A DNA stretch of 64,000 bases from Vicugna vicugna (Eukaryota). Below are positions 29,820 to 43,224 of this stretch, one piece after another. Where the stretch lies: positions 1,333,290-1,397,289 of the forward strand of contig MU058650.1 in the NCBI GenBank assembly GCA_013265495.1, read 5' to 3'. Position numbers and translations under genes: made by a program. Numbering within the stretch: the first letter of the stretch is position 1; each line of letters starts with the position of its first letter. The notes under the pieces were generated by a model that made no database searches, was not told the origin of the DNA, and was given only the letters and a program-made list of their open reading frames with translations.

Positions 29820-32800
29820 AGGTGGGGGGCCAAGATGGCCAAAGAGAAGCTCACCCTCTCCCACAAATACACCAAAACTCACATCCACGGAACCACCAGC
29901 CAGCTGGAGCACTGCGGAACTCCGACAGAACATCGCCCTCTTCAAAAGACAAAGATGCCAAGAATCTGGTAGCAGAAAAGGAAAAAGGAAAGAAGAAAAA
30001 GCAAAACAGTGAGGTACTGATCCTGCGGGGAGGGAGCGGCAAAGGAGGACTGGCGCTCGCTCGCTGGGTCTCCCCTCTCCAACAGAGAGGACAGTGGGAC
30101 GGAGGGGGAGCCTCCGAGGCTTGGATCTGTATGGACCTACCCCTTGATCGACAGAACTAAGTTAAACGGGGACAGAGGGTCTCTGTGACCCCCAGCCCTA
30201 GATGCAAACTGGCAGCTGGGGCCTGGGACAGGCAGCCCGAGCTGGGTGGAGGATGGGGGCAGCTGCACTGAGGCAGCGCCAGGGGACTGCAGGGAGCTGC
30301 ATGCCATGGACGAGTGGGTGCATGGCGCAGAACAACCTGGGCCCTCCGTGAAACAACACGGCTGGTGTGCCCTGGGGGGAAGGGTGCATACCCCTATCTC
30401 TGAAAACCCGTGGAAGGTTTTTGGACAAGGAGAGGCAGGGCTCAGGAACAGCTGCCATATCCTCCAGCGCTTAGCACCCAGGCGGGGGCACGGGTGAAAT
30501 CTGAATCCGCACCTAAAGGCTTAGCAGCCTCAAAGGCCAGACAACACTTGTCTACAGCCCAAGACAGATAGGATCCTTCCGCCCTAGTAACTCAGAGAAC
30601 TAGCGCTGCCAAAACAAAACAAGGAGCTGAGATTTAGCATGGAGCAGGGGCGGGGCCGTTCTGCGGTCTTCCCTGAGCCCGCCTACAGAGTACTGACCCA
30701 AGGTGGAGTGGGCAGCGGCACAGAGCAGCAGAGCGACCAGCGCTGGGAGAGGGCGGGCGGCCACCCGCCTTCCCGGCAGGAACACAGGACCTGACCGCAG
30801 TGCTGGGAGGGGGCGCGATCCAACCACCTACCTCACCTGAGCACAGCATCTGACTGCTGACTAGGGCATCAGGAGGGGGAGTGATCCACCTGCCCACCGT
30901 GTAACAGTGCAGCACCTGACCCAGTGTTGGGAGGGGGTGCAGGCTGCTTGCAGACAGGCACTGGGAGCAGCACAAACAAGGGGAGTCAAGGGAGGACCTC
31001 TGGAAACAGCAAGCTGAGTTTGTGAAACAGTGCGAAGACAGACCTCTTGATAAAATCATTAGCAGCGCACACTCTTGACAAGAACACACTGCCCCTCTAC
31101 TGTTTTAAATCCGTTCTATTTTCTATTACCTTTTTAAGTTTCACTTTTTAAACCATTGTATATGTCTCCAGTTTTAATCCCCTTAAAAATTTTCTTTTAA
31201 AATATTTTTATCATTATTTTTTAAAATCCACCTGATTTCATTTTCATTTCTCTTGCTTTTGATCTCCTGTCACTGATTATACACAGGTTTCAAATATTGT
31301 TTTTTGTTCTTGTCTCCTTTTTTTAAGGTTTTTAAAAGATATCTCAACTTGGTTGCTATTCTGCTTCAACTTGCTCTTCTATTATTGATTATACACTGTT
31401 TTCAAACATTTTTTCCCTCCCTTCTTTTAAAATTCTCTCTTTTTTTAAAGTTTTATTCCTGCATAGGCTTTAGATAGATAAATAAACTCCTTAAGGACCA
31501 CAATAGATAACTGATACTCCATAAGCCACAGTGCCAGAGAGATATGAGCAATATGAAGCAGCAGAGGAACCACTCCCAATTGAAAGAGGAAGAGAAATCC
31601 CCTGAAAGAACAATCAATGAAATAGATATTGATGGCCTACTAGATCAAGATTTCAAAAAAGGAGTGATCAAAGTACTGAAGGAAATAAGAGACAGTGTTT
31701 AGAGATATAAAATGTCAAAAATGAAATTGAAGCTATAAAGAAGAACAAAGTAGAATTGGTAAACACATTTGCTGAGATGAGAGCTGACCTAAAGGCTATA
31801 CAAAGCAGGCTAGATAATGCAGAGGAATGAATAAGTGACCTAGAAGACAGGACAACAGAAAGCACCCAATCAGAACAGCTGAGAGATAAACAAATAAAAA
31901 ACAATGAAAGCAATATAAGGGACCTATGGGATAATATAAAGCAATCTGATCTACGGATAATAGGGGATCCAGAAGGGGAAGAAAGATCAAAGGGGATTGA
32001 AAAGGTATCGGAAGAAATCATGACTGAAAACTTCCCAAACCTAAAGAAGGAATCAGATATCCAAGTACAGGAAGCTCAGAGGGTCCCAAACAGACCCACA
32101 CCAAGACATATCATAATCAAGATGGCCAGAGTCAAGGATAAAGAAATGATCCTAAAGGTAGCAAGAGAAAACTAAAGAGTGAGTTACAAGGGAACCCCAA
32201 TAAGGCTCTCAGCTGATTTCTCTAACCAAACACTACGGGCCAGAAGGGAGTGGCAAGATATATTCAAAGTCCTGAATGAAAAAAAGGTGCAGCCTAGGAT
32301 ACTTTATCCAGCAAGGCTATCCTTTAGAATAGAAGGAGAGAGAAAGAATTTCACAGACAAGCAAAAACTACAAGAGTTTAGCAACACTAAACCCATTCCA
32401 AAAGAAATATTGAAAGGTCACTTTACATAGAAAAGAAGCAAGATGTTACAGAAATGAGAAAGTCATAACTGGAAAGGTGATAACTACCAAGAATTACAAA
32501 TAGAATAAACAAGAAATTGTAAAAGAAGACATCTAAATCATTAAGAGTGGGAGAGGGAAGCAAGATACTATAGGATATTTTTTTCCTTTCCTTTTAAAAT
32601 TTTTTGTTCTCAGTAGGATGGGTTTGAGATTATATTACTTTCTGTTTAATACAAACAGTTATAGTAATGGGTTAATAGACTTACAAAAAAGGGTAACCAC
32701 AAGCCAAAAACTTACAAGGGAGTCACAAAAACTAAATAAAATCCAAGATAATACAAAGGAAAATTACCAAACCACAAAAGGAAGAAAAAAGGAATAAACA

Positions 32801-35800
32801 GGAAATACCAAATCAACTGCAAAAATAAGTTTAAAATGGCAATAAACACTCATCTGTCATTAATTACTGTAAATGTTAATGAACTAAATGCTCCAATCAA
32901 AAGACGCAGAGTGGCAGACTGGATAATAAAGCAAGAACCTTCTATAGGCTGCATGTAAGAGACCCATTTTAGGGAGAAGGACACCTATAGGTTGAGAGTG
33001 AAAGGATGGAAAAGGTTATTCCATGCAAATGGAAAAGCCAAAAAAGCAGGTGTAGCAGTACTGATTTCAGACAAAATAGACTTTAAAACAAAGGCCATAA
33101 AGAAAGATAAAGAAGGACATTTTATAATGATTAAAGGAGTAATACAAGATGAGAATATTACACTCGTAAATATTTATGCACCCAATATAGGAGCACCTAA
33201 GTACATAAAACTACTACTAACAGAGATAAAGGGGGATATTGATGGGAATACAACATAGTTGGAGATTTTAACACTGCATTAACATCACTAGACAGAAAAT
33301 AAATAAGGCAAGAGAAATTAAATGATACAATAGAAAAATTAGATTTGGTGGGTATGTTCAGAGCATTACAACCCCCCAAAATAGGATACACATTCTTTTC
33401 AAGTGCAGATGGAACGTTTTCTAGGATTGATCATGTACTTGGGCACAAAAGAAGCCTCAACAATTTTAAGAAGATACAAATTATCTCAAGCATCTTTACT
33501 GACCACAATGCCATGAAACTAGAAATCAACTACAGAGAAACAAAGGAGAATAAAAGGAAAGCATGGAGATTAAACAACGTGCTATTAAAAAAACCAATGG
33601 GACAATGATAAAATCAAAGTTGAAATTAAAAAATACCTTGAGACAAATGAAAATGAAAACACAATCACACAAAATTTATGGGACGCAGCAAAGGCAGTGC
33701 TAAGAGGGAAGTTTATAGCGATACAGGCCTTCCTTCAAAAAAGAAGAATCATCTCAGATAAACAATCTAACCAACTGGAAGAATTAGAAAAAGAATTAGA
33801 GCAAAACCCCCCAAAAGTCAGCAGAGGGAAGGAAATAATAATGATCAAGGAGGAAGTAAATAAAATAGAGATAAAAAAAAATAGAAAAAATCAATCAAAC
33901 CAAAAGCTGGTATTTTGAAAAAGTAAATAAAATCGACAAACCTCTGGCCAAACTCACAAAGAGAAAAAAGAGCACAAATAAGCAAAATAAGAAAGGAAAA
34001 TGGAGAAATTACAACAAATAACATAGAAATTCAGAATACCATACGAGAATATTATTAAAAACTATATGGAACCAAAATGGATAACCTAGAGGAGATGGAC
34101 AAATTTCTGGAAACATACAGTCCACCAAGACTGAACCAAGAAGAAACTGACCACTTGAACAAACCAATCAGTAGAAATTGAATTAGCAATAAAAAAACCT
34201 CCCTACAGATAAAAGTCCAGGACTAGACGGCTTCACTGGGGAATTCTACCAAACATACAAGTCCTTCTAAAACTCTTCCAGAAGACTGAAAAGGAGGGAA
34301 TACTTCCAAACTCACTCTATGAAGCCACCATCACCCTGATACCAAAACCAGGCAAAGACACTACCAAAAAAAGAGAATTACAGACCAATATCATTGATGA
34401 ACATAGATGCAAAAATCCTTACCAAAACATTAGCAAATAGAGTCCAACAGCACATAAAAAAGATTATACATCACGATCAAGTGGGGCTCACCCCAGGGAC
34501 ACAAGGGTGGTTGAACATATGCAAATCAATCAATGTAATACATCACATCAACAAAAGAAAGGACAAAAACCACATGATCATCTCAGTAATGCAGAAAAAG
34601 CATTTGATAAAATTCAACACCCATTTATGATAAAAACTCTAACCAAAGTGGGTATAGAGGGAACATATCTCAACATCATAAAAGCTATATATGACAAACC
34701 TACAACCAGCATAGTACTCAACGGTGAAAAACTCAAAAGCTTCCCACTAAAATCTGGGACAAGACAAGGATGCCTACTATCACCACTCCTATTCAAAAGA
34801 GTCTTGGAAGTCCTAGCCCCAGCAATCAGGCAAGAGAGAGAAATAAAAGGGATCCAAAGTGGAAAAGAAGAGGTAAAAGAGTCACTATGTGCAGACAACA
34901 TGATACTACATATAGAAAACCCTAAAAGGTCCACATAAAAACTACTAGAGCTGATCAAAGAATTCAGCAAGGTAGCAGGTTACAAGATTAATGTTCAAAA
35001 ATCAGTTGCATTTCTTTACACTAACAATGAATTAACAGAAAAGAAAGTAAAGAAGCAATACCCTTTAAAATAGCACCCAAAGTAATAAAATACCTAGGAA
35101 TAAATCTAACCAAGTAGGTGACTTATACACGGAAAACTATAAACCATTGATGAATGAAATTAAAGAAGGCTTAAAAAATGGAAAGATGTCCCATGCTCAT
35201 GGATTGGAAGAATCAGTATTGTTAAAATGGTCACACTGCTCAAGGCAATCTACAGATTTAATGCAATCCCTATCAAATTATCCAGGACATATTTCACAGA
35301 ACTAGAACAAATCATCATAAAATTTATATGGAAACACAAAAGACCTAGAGTTGCCAAAACATTACTGAAGACAAAGAAAGAGGCTGGAGGAATAACTCTC
35401 CCAGACTTCAGACAATACTACAGAGCTACAGTCATCAAAACAGCATGGTATTGGTACAAAAACAGACATATGGACCAATGGAACGGAATAGAGAGCCCAG
35501 AAATGAACCCACAAACTTCTGGTCAACTAATCTTCAACAAAGGAGGCAAGGATATACAATGGAATAAAGACAGTCTCTTCAGCAAATGGTGTTGGGAAAA
35601 CTGGACAGCAGCATGTAAATCAATGAAGCTAGAATACTCCCTCATACCATACACAAAAATAAACTCAAAATGGATCAAAGACTTAAACATAAGACAAGAT
35701 ACAATAAACCTCCTAGAAGAAAATATAGGCAAAACATTAACTCACATACATCTCAAAAATGTTCTCCTAGGGCAGTCTACCCAAGCAATAGAAATAAAAG

Positions 35801-36928
35801 CAAGAATAAACAAATGGGACCTAATGAAACTTACAAGCTTCTGCACAGCAAAGGAAATCATAAGCAAAACAAAATGACAACCTACGGAATGGGAGAAAAT
35901 TTTTGCAAACAATGAAACCAACAAAGGCTTGATCTCCAGAAAATATAAGCAGCTCATAAGACATAGTAGGAAAAAAACAAACAACCCAATCCAAAAATGG
36001 GTAGAGGACCTAAACAAGCAATTCTCCAAGGAAGAAATACAAATGATCAATAGGCACATGAAAAAATGCTCAATATCACTAATCAGAGAAATGCAGATCA
36101 AAACTACAATGACGTTATCACCTCACTTCAGCCAGTATGGCCATCATTCAAAAGTCCACAAATGACAAATGCTGGAGAGGCTGTGGAGAAAAGGGAACCC
36201 TTCTACACTGCTGGTGGGAATGCAGTTTGGTGCAGCCACTGTGGAAAACAGTATGGAGATTCCTCAAAAGACTAAAAATAGACTTACCCAGTGATCTAGC
36301 AGTCCCACTCCTGGGCATACATCTGCAGTGAACTGTAATTCAAAAAGATTCATGCACCCCAATGTTCACAGAAGCACTACTTACAATAGCCAAGACATGG
36401 AAGCAACCTAAATGTCCATCAACAGACGATTGGATAAAGAAGCTGTGGTATATTTATACAATGGAATACTACTCAGCCATAAAAATGACAACATAACGCC
36501 ATTTGCAGCAACATGAATGTCCCTGGAGAATGTCATTCTAAGTGAAGTAAGCCAGAAAGAGAAAGAAATACCATATGAGATCACTCATACGTGGAATCTT
36601 AAAAAAAAAAACAAAACAAACATAAATACAGAACAGAAACAGACTCATAGACATAGAATACAAACTTGTGGTTGCCAAGGGGAGGGGGGTGGGAATGGAC
36701 AGACTATGATTTCAAATTTGTAGATACTGACAGGCATATGCAGAATAGACAAACAAGATTATACTGTATAGCACATGGAAATATATACAAGATCTCGTGG
36801 TAGCTCACTGTGAAAAAAAATGTACAATGAATATATGCATGTTCATGTATAACTGAAAAATTGTGCTCTACGCTGGAATTTGACCCAACATTGTAAAATG
36901 ACTATAACTCAATAAAAAATGTTAAAAA
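29820..36928 (+). mobile_element. Full-length (~7.1 kb) inactivated LINE-1: 5' UTR ~29820-31540, ORF1 remnants ~31543-32430, ORF2 remnants ~32836-36600, 3' UTR and A tail
   Basis: Starts ggggggccaagatggc (YY1-type L1 start). ORF1 peptide YKGTPIRLSADFS..ILYPARLSF; ORF2 peptides NIYAPN, FSRIDH, GTRQGC.LSPLLF, CWRGCGE..H. Many stops and frameshifts. TSD core ttacaattttg at 29809-29819 and 36935-36945. Confidence 0.95.
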
Positions 36929-36999
36929 TTTTTTTTACAATTTTGTCAATTATATCTCAATAAAGTTGAAAAAAATGAAGTTATACAAGTTACAGACTA

Positions 37000-39430
37000 T
37001 GCATTGAGTAATAATATCAAACAAATGAAGCAAAAACAATGGGAAATTAAATGTAAGTGTTAAAAGCAAAGTTAGATGGGATTTAACATTAAACATCAAA
37101 CTTTGTATCTACATAAACACACCTGTTTTTAAGCACCCATGTAACACTCATTTTAACTTATTCTTTGACCACAATAATAAAAACACTGTAAATTTTCAAA
37201 CAAAAAAAATCATGCTACCTTATTCTAAGTAATCAAGTTATATATTAAAAAGACAAGAAAATGAAAGTACTTACCCCATCCTTCAAAATTTGATGTCTAA
37301 AGTTGAAATCAGAACTAAGTTCATAGTGTTAATTAAATGCTTACATGGTTTTAGAAGAAAAACAGTAACTCTTCATTTAAGAAGTTGAACATGAAAAAAG
37401 AACTGTGAGCAAAACACGAAACATAAGAAATTAGTGAATTAGAAAAGTATACAATTGTCAGATATAAGAAGTGATTCTCAAAAAAATTAGTCACATCTAA
37501 TTGAAAGAGAACACAAGCAAAAATCAGAGAGGAAAACATAATTTAATTCAGTAAAAAACGAGCTTGTAAGTCTGATAAGACCAATCAGCTTTGAAGAAAT
37601 TTCGGGAGAAAGAAACTCAACTGCTTCTGCAAAAGCCTTCAGGATTAGATGATTTGTTGGTGATTTAGTTTCAAGAAGAGTTATTTCCCATTCGAAATAA
37701 ACTGCTGCAGAAATAAAAACCAGGACCAGCTAGGACAGCAGCTAGGTGTTAAAGTGCCTATTATCTTCCAGACACTGACCTCAATGCTTTGTATACATTG
37801 TCTTAGAATAAGCTTGAAACCAATCTCATCAGAAGGAAACATTTAAATAAAAAGCTGAGAAATCAAATTTAGTTATATTTACAGAATCACTAAGATTATA
37901 AAGTATGTATTACTAATATAAAAAGAAATTAGTGGATTTAATAAAAATATTTTAACTGATGTTAGAACAGCATCCAATTAGGTTGAACAGGTACTCCTAA
38001 TATAAATTCTTAAAACACTATAAACAAAGCCAAAATTATACTTAAAGTCCCTATTAAAATAAGGAATTTTAAGACAAGGAAGCCTACTTTGATCATTATT
38101 AGTTATACTGGAAGTATTAATTAGTGTAAGAATAAATTGGAAAATAATTATTTTGGGATGATATATCCTTCCTTAGTAAATGAAAAATAAGCACCACGAA
38201 AGCCATTGGCTCTAATAAAGTTCACTCAGTAAGGGGCCCAAATATAAAATAAAACATCAAATAGATTTCCTATAGTAATTAAGACGTTGTGTTTCTGGCA
38301 CATTTTCAGAAAAAAACAGACCAATGGAACAGATTGGGGAGTCCAGAAGCAAACCCACACATATTCAGTTTACCAGCTTATGACAACGGTAACAGGGCAA
38401 CATATTTGGGAAAGGTCAGTCTTTCTCAATAAATGGTGCTGAGTTAATTGGATACTCAGGTGGAATACCTATTACAGATGGATGGTTGATCAAAATACCA
38501 AAGGTTGAAGAATAAAACTCCTAGAAGAAAAACATGGTAAAATATTCAGACATTGGGTATGGATCTGAAAAAGGACTTGTATCTAAAATACAGAAAGACT
38601 ACCTACATGTCAGTAAGAAAAAGGCAGACGACCCAATACAAAAACAGGCAAAAGAGATAAACAGATACTCCATCAAAGGAGATAATCCAAATGCCCAATA
38701 ATCTTTGGAAATAGTGTTCAACTTTTATCAGGAAAAAGCAAGTCAAAACCACAATGTGATACCAATATATACCACCAAAATGGCTAAAATGACAATGCCA
38801 AGTATTAACAATGATGTAGAACTGGAGCTCTCCTTACACCGTTGATAGTCATATGATTTGGTACAACCACTCGGGAAAACTGAAAAGCCTGAATAAGGTT
38901 GGATATATGCAACTCTATGAGCCAACCACCCCACTCCTAAGTATACATCCAAGTGAAAAGTATAATACATTCACCAAAAAACACGTATAAGAATATTCAC
39001 AGCACTTCTATTTATAATAGCTCCAAACTAGAAATAATCTAAATGTTCAACTACAAAGCAGACTAACTGAGGTATAATAATACACTGAGGATAAACAGTG
39101 AAAAAATACACAGCATTGAGGATGACAACTGAATTACGCACAACATGAATGGATCTCACAGTGTTGTGCAAAAGAAGTTAAAAAAGACTATATACTGCAT
39201 AAATCTACTTATGCAAAGTTTAAAAAGCTAAAACTATGGTTTTTGAGGTCAGAATAATAATTACCCTTGGGGCTAGCAGTTCCTAAAGAAGCATCGGGGA
39301 TTCTAGGGTACTGGTGACATTCTAGTCTTGATCTGGGTGATTAAGTGGATTTGGGTGTTTAGAAAATTCATTGAACTGTATAACTGAAGAGTTTGAGCAC
39401 TTTTTCTACTTTATGCTTCCATAAAAATTT
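37000..39430 (+). mobile_element. Ancient, highly decayed L1 (ORF2 and 3' end fragments)
   Basis: acagaccaatggaacagattggggagtccagaa..., aataaatggtgctg, and an L1M-type 3' UTR. Confidence 0.65.
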
Positions 39431-39809
39431 CACATTAACAAAAAAGCAATAATCAGTTAAAACAATGGAATGGAGAGCTCCCTCAAAACAGCAACAAACC
39501 ATAAAATATCCAGTTTGGCAAGAAATTTATGAGGGTAACAATAATTATAAAATTACGGATATATACCATATTACCATTAGCTTCTTTCAGTAACAGTACA
39601 CGCACAGGTTAACGTACTTCAAATAAATATTCCAATGGAATTTTAACTTGAAAAAATGTAAGTGATTCTAAAGTTAATCTAATAAAAGGGATGAATACTT
39701 GAAAAAATAAGAATAGTTATAATGGACACAAAGTTATAATGGTTTAATCAATGGCATAAAATAACCTATACACTGTAGTATAATGTTTATGTATGCATAT
39801 AACTCTAAT

Positions 39810-40123
39810 ATAGGTCCCAAACCTTTGATTTTATACCTTTATGGTTAGTTGGGTTTCATAATTCAGAATATTTAGGATTTTTTAAAAAGTTACATAACGT
39901 ATATATCATACCCCCGGTTGAATCTGAAACAGCACAGTACTAAGCACATTACTACCCCAGCCAAGTGTGAATATTCATACCAAATGAGACACTCATGTAG
40001 CTTCATGTCAAATCAGCTCAGGTTTTGCCATAATATGAGTTTTGATGCTAAACTTAAGGAAAAAATTGGTTGTCAGAACCTTTGGGATTTTAGAGTTGTG
40101 AATAAAAAAGAGCGGGAATCAGT
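39810..40123. mobile_element. Old TcMar-Tigger-like non-autonomous element
   Basis: taggtccc... attcagaatatttaggatttt...tcaggttttgcc...ttagagttgtgaataa resembles ancient Tigger MITEs (recall). Confidence 0.5.
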
Positions 40124-41509
40124 AAAGGATAAGAGTGATACTACATCATAAATGTGTGTGGGAAGAACCTTAGTTTAAGCAATTATACTGAGTCAAGTGG
40201 TTAAACAGGGAAAACATGTATTCTTACTTCATACCAGGTACCAAAACAAACTACATATAGATTAGGAACTAACTCCTAATTTCAACAAATCAAGAAATAA
40301 AGGCCTAGAAACCAGTGATGATACAGTCGACTATATCTCTGGTAAGGGATAAGCAGGTGCTATGGAAGAAGTGACAATTTCCTGGCAGGAATATAAACTG
40401 AAGTAATTTTCTGGAAGAATTCAGCAAAATGTATTGAGAACCTTAAAAAAAATGTAAATTAACTTTTTGATTTAGTAACTCCACGCTGTAAAATGTCTCC
40501 TAAGGAAATAATTGACAACATAGATAAATATTTATTTACAAGTATGTTCACTGCTGTTTTTTTTTGATAATAGTCAAAAACTAGATAATGTTTGATATTA
40601 TTTGAAGTAAAAAGAAAAGCATTAGGAGGTTATATTTACAGTTTAAATTAAGTTCAATTATATAGAAAAAATAGTTCAGGAAAAAAAGACTAGTGAAGTA
40701 TACCAAAATGTTAACCACTATTTAAAAAGAGTAAAGTCTACTAAAAGAGAGAACAAAATAAAGTCAAAACTTCATATATAAGTTCAAGAAGTTAAGCCTG
40801 AGGCTGAAAGGTGGTGACGTGAAAACTGATGAAATGTAGAATACATAGCAACGTGCTTTTGAAATGACTCCTTATCAAGCTTAATCACGGTCCTCCTAGT
40901 AGTCACGACATCTAGCCCTTGGCTGAATTCTGATGGATGCTTTACTCACGTACAATTTCAACACACTTACTAAAGGGTTCTAACAATATCCAGGGCTAAC
41001 CTAATCAAATATTTTAATCACAAGACTTCTCAGACTTGGCATACAACTGACTACATTAACCACAAGTAATGTCCAAAATAAAGAGTAGTAATTATGGGTA
41101 GCTATAAAAGTAGCCCCAAGTTGTCTGTGGTATACTTTAACTCTGAAATGCAGTCAGCTGGGCAAGTGACTGTTAAAACAGATAGCCAGGTACAACACTT
41201 TACCTTAGTCCAGACATCTGGACTTTTAAGATAAAATGGGGATTATGGTTTTGCTCTTGAACATGAATGAAAGATCCAAATACAAGTGTCTTTGTGCTCT
41301 ATCTAGTGGCTCCTGGCTAGTGAACTAAGACTCCTGAAGAAAGTCAACTTATTTTATTTTCATATGAATTCTCAGTACTTAGCACATACAAATATGTATT
41401 AACTGAATGAGAAGAAAATCTGTAATTTTCAGCATTATGTGAACTTCTGAAAAAGTAAACAATTATTGACTTGCAAAGGAATGACTGCCAATATGAAGGA
41501 ATTCAAACT

Positions 41510-43087
41510 TCTAAAGTTAATGAAAATATTTATTTAAACCTAACTGTAGTACAGTATCAAGCTGAGTTAAATAAACATTAACTGTATATTTAGTTCCTTA
41601 GGAATAGACCACTGCCACATCATAAAAATTTATTACAACACAAATTTCTTTCTGCAGTAAGGTTCAGCAATTAAGTCATGTTTTCCACACTGAGAAATGT
41701 TGTGTCAAGAGTAGGATGGATTTAGGTTTTTAAAGGCCCAGTACAAAAAAAATGGTTGAGGAAAATGACTCTTAATTATATACACCTGTAGAAAAAACCC
41801 TTAATATACTGATATTTAACAAAACAGAAAGCACTTAAGAGAACATACTTTAATATCTAGGCACAATTGGTTAGGTATGAATTATAATTTCTGTTCTCAT
41901 TGAAAGGTTTAAACCAATTCCTCAACTTGACTGATGTGTGGGGGTCTAATACAGGGAAGGCACCTCTTTCATTCTCCTTAAGGACTTTCTGAGAGTAACT
42001 CTTTATCATACTTCAAGGGGCACAGAGAAAATGTACTATATCCAAGTACAGCTATAGTTATTTAACATAGCCCATTTTAGGAGAAACTAAATTAAAATAG
42101 AAAACTATGATTTCTCTTTTTACATCTTATGATGGACATGGCTTTCTAAAAGAATAACAGAAGATCATCCTCCACACAAGCTTTAACATAGAACACAAGA
42201 TTTAAATTAAATGTGCATTGGTCACTACTATGTAAAATGTTCTATGAATTAGTGCAATTCTTTAAATCCCCAGTATTTAGGGGAGAAGTATATACATATC
42301 AAGAAATCTCAACTACTACATAACCAAACTTTTTATGGCTCAATAGTCTAAATGCTTAAAGTTCTGAAAAAGATCTCAAAAATTATAAATAAAAGATCAG
42401 AACACTCAAATAGTTTACAAAATTTTCTCTTTAAAACAAAAGAGACCAGCACAACCAGAAGAAACAGTTAAAGTATAAAATTTCAGGAATATAATCTTTT
42501 CTGCAATTATAAGAAGGGATGGTTAAGTATTCACTCTAGAAAAAACCCAAATTGTTCATTTCTGATTACTTTATTACCATTTGAGTTAGTTATCAATTTT
42601 GTACTAATTAGTGGCTGTGTCTTTAAAATGTCTTGTTGGATAGTTACTGAAGGCAGTTTATATGGAAAAGCATAATTTTCCCACCCAAAGTGAGAAACTA
42701 CTCTAGATGAATAAGCCTCAGAATTAGAGATCATAAGAAGTCAAAAAACACAGTGTAAGAACATTAGGTTGATTTAACCTCTATTTCAACAAGATTTACA
42801 CAATATTTACAATATGCAATTGTCAAAAGCTATACAATTTTGCAGATTGGCTTTCCTTACATTTCTGCAAATGTTTTTTCCAAAATAAAAATATACCAAG
42901 TGAATCTATTTACAAACTAGGAAGCTGCTTCAGAAACAGCCATGGTTTAGAAATAAAGTGAAATTTCAGTACAATGAAAGAAAAGTGCAGGTCATGCTTT
43001 CAGATTCTGTCAATATCTCATTCCCTACACTCATAGTTTAAGGGATAGGAGTTTTAAATAGCTATGGTTCTTACACATTCAGAATAT
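41510..43087 (-). terminator. NPAT: Probable NPAT 3' UTR with AATAAA signals (minus strand) at 42570-42575, 41629-41634 and 41529-41534
   Basis: AT-rich, largely repeat-free stretch after the stop; tttatt hexamers on + strand; the cleavage site is inferred. Confidence 0.6.
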
Positions 43088-43165
43088 TTACTCATCATAA
43101 TGCAATGATAGCAAAAATTTGTCCACATCCATTCCAGCTGGAAATGAACTGGGTAGCTTCTTTTT
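43088..43165 (-). CDS. NPAT: NPAT exon 18 coding part (KKKLPSSFPAGMDVDKFLLSLHYDE*)
   Basis: Recognisable NPAT C-terminus; gacag| acceptor; TAA stop. Confidence 0.95.
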   Translation of the reverse strand, partial: KKKLPSSFPAGMDVDKFLLSLHYDE

Positions 43166-43169
43166 CTGT

Positions 43170-43224
<55 letters not shown>

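Noticed and set aside
32179..36723. RT, endonuclease and ORF1-like ORFs as an active retroelement or novel RT system
   Set aside because: These are fragments of an ordinary LINE-1 with many stops and frameshifts and a decayed RT catalytic motif.
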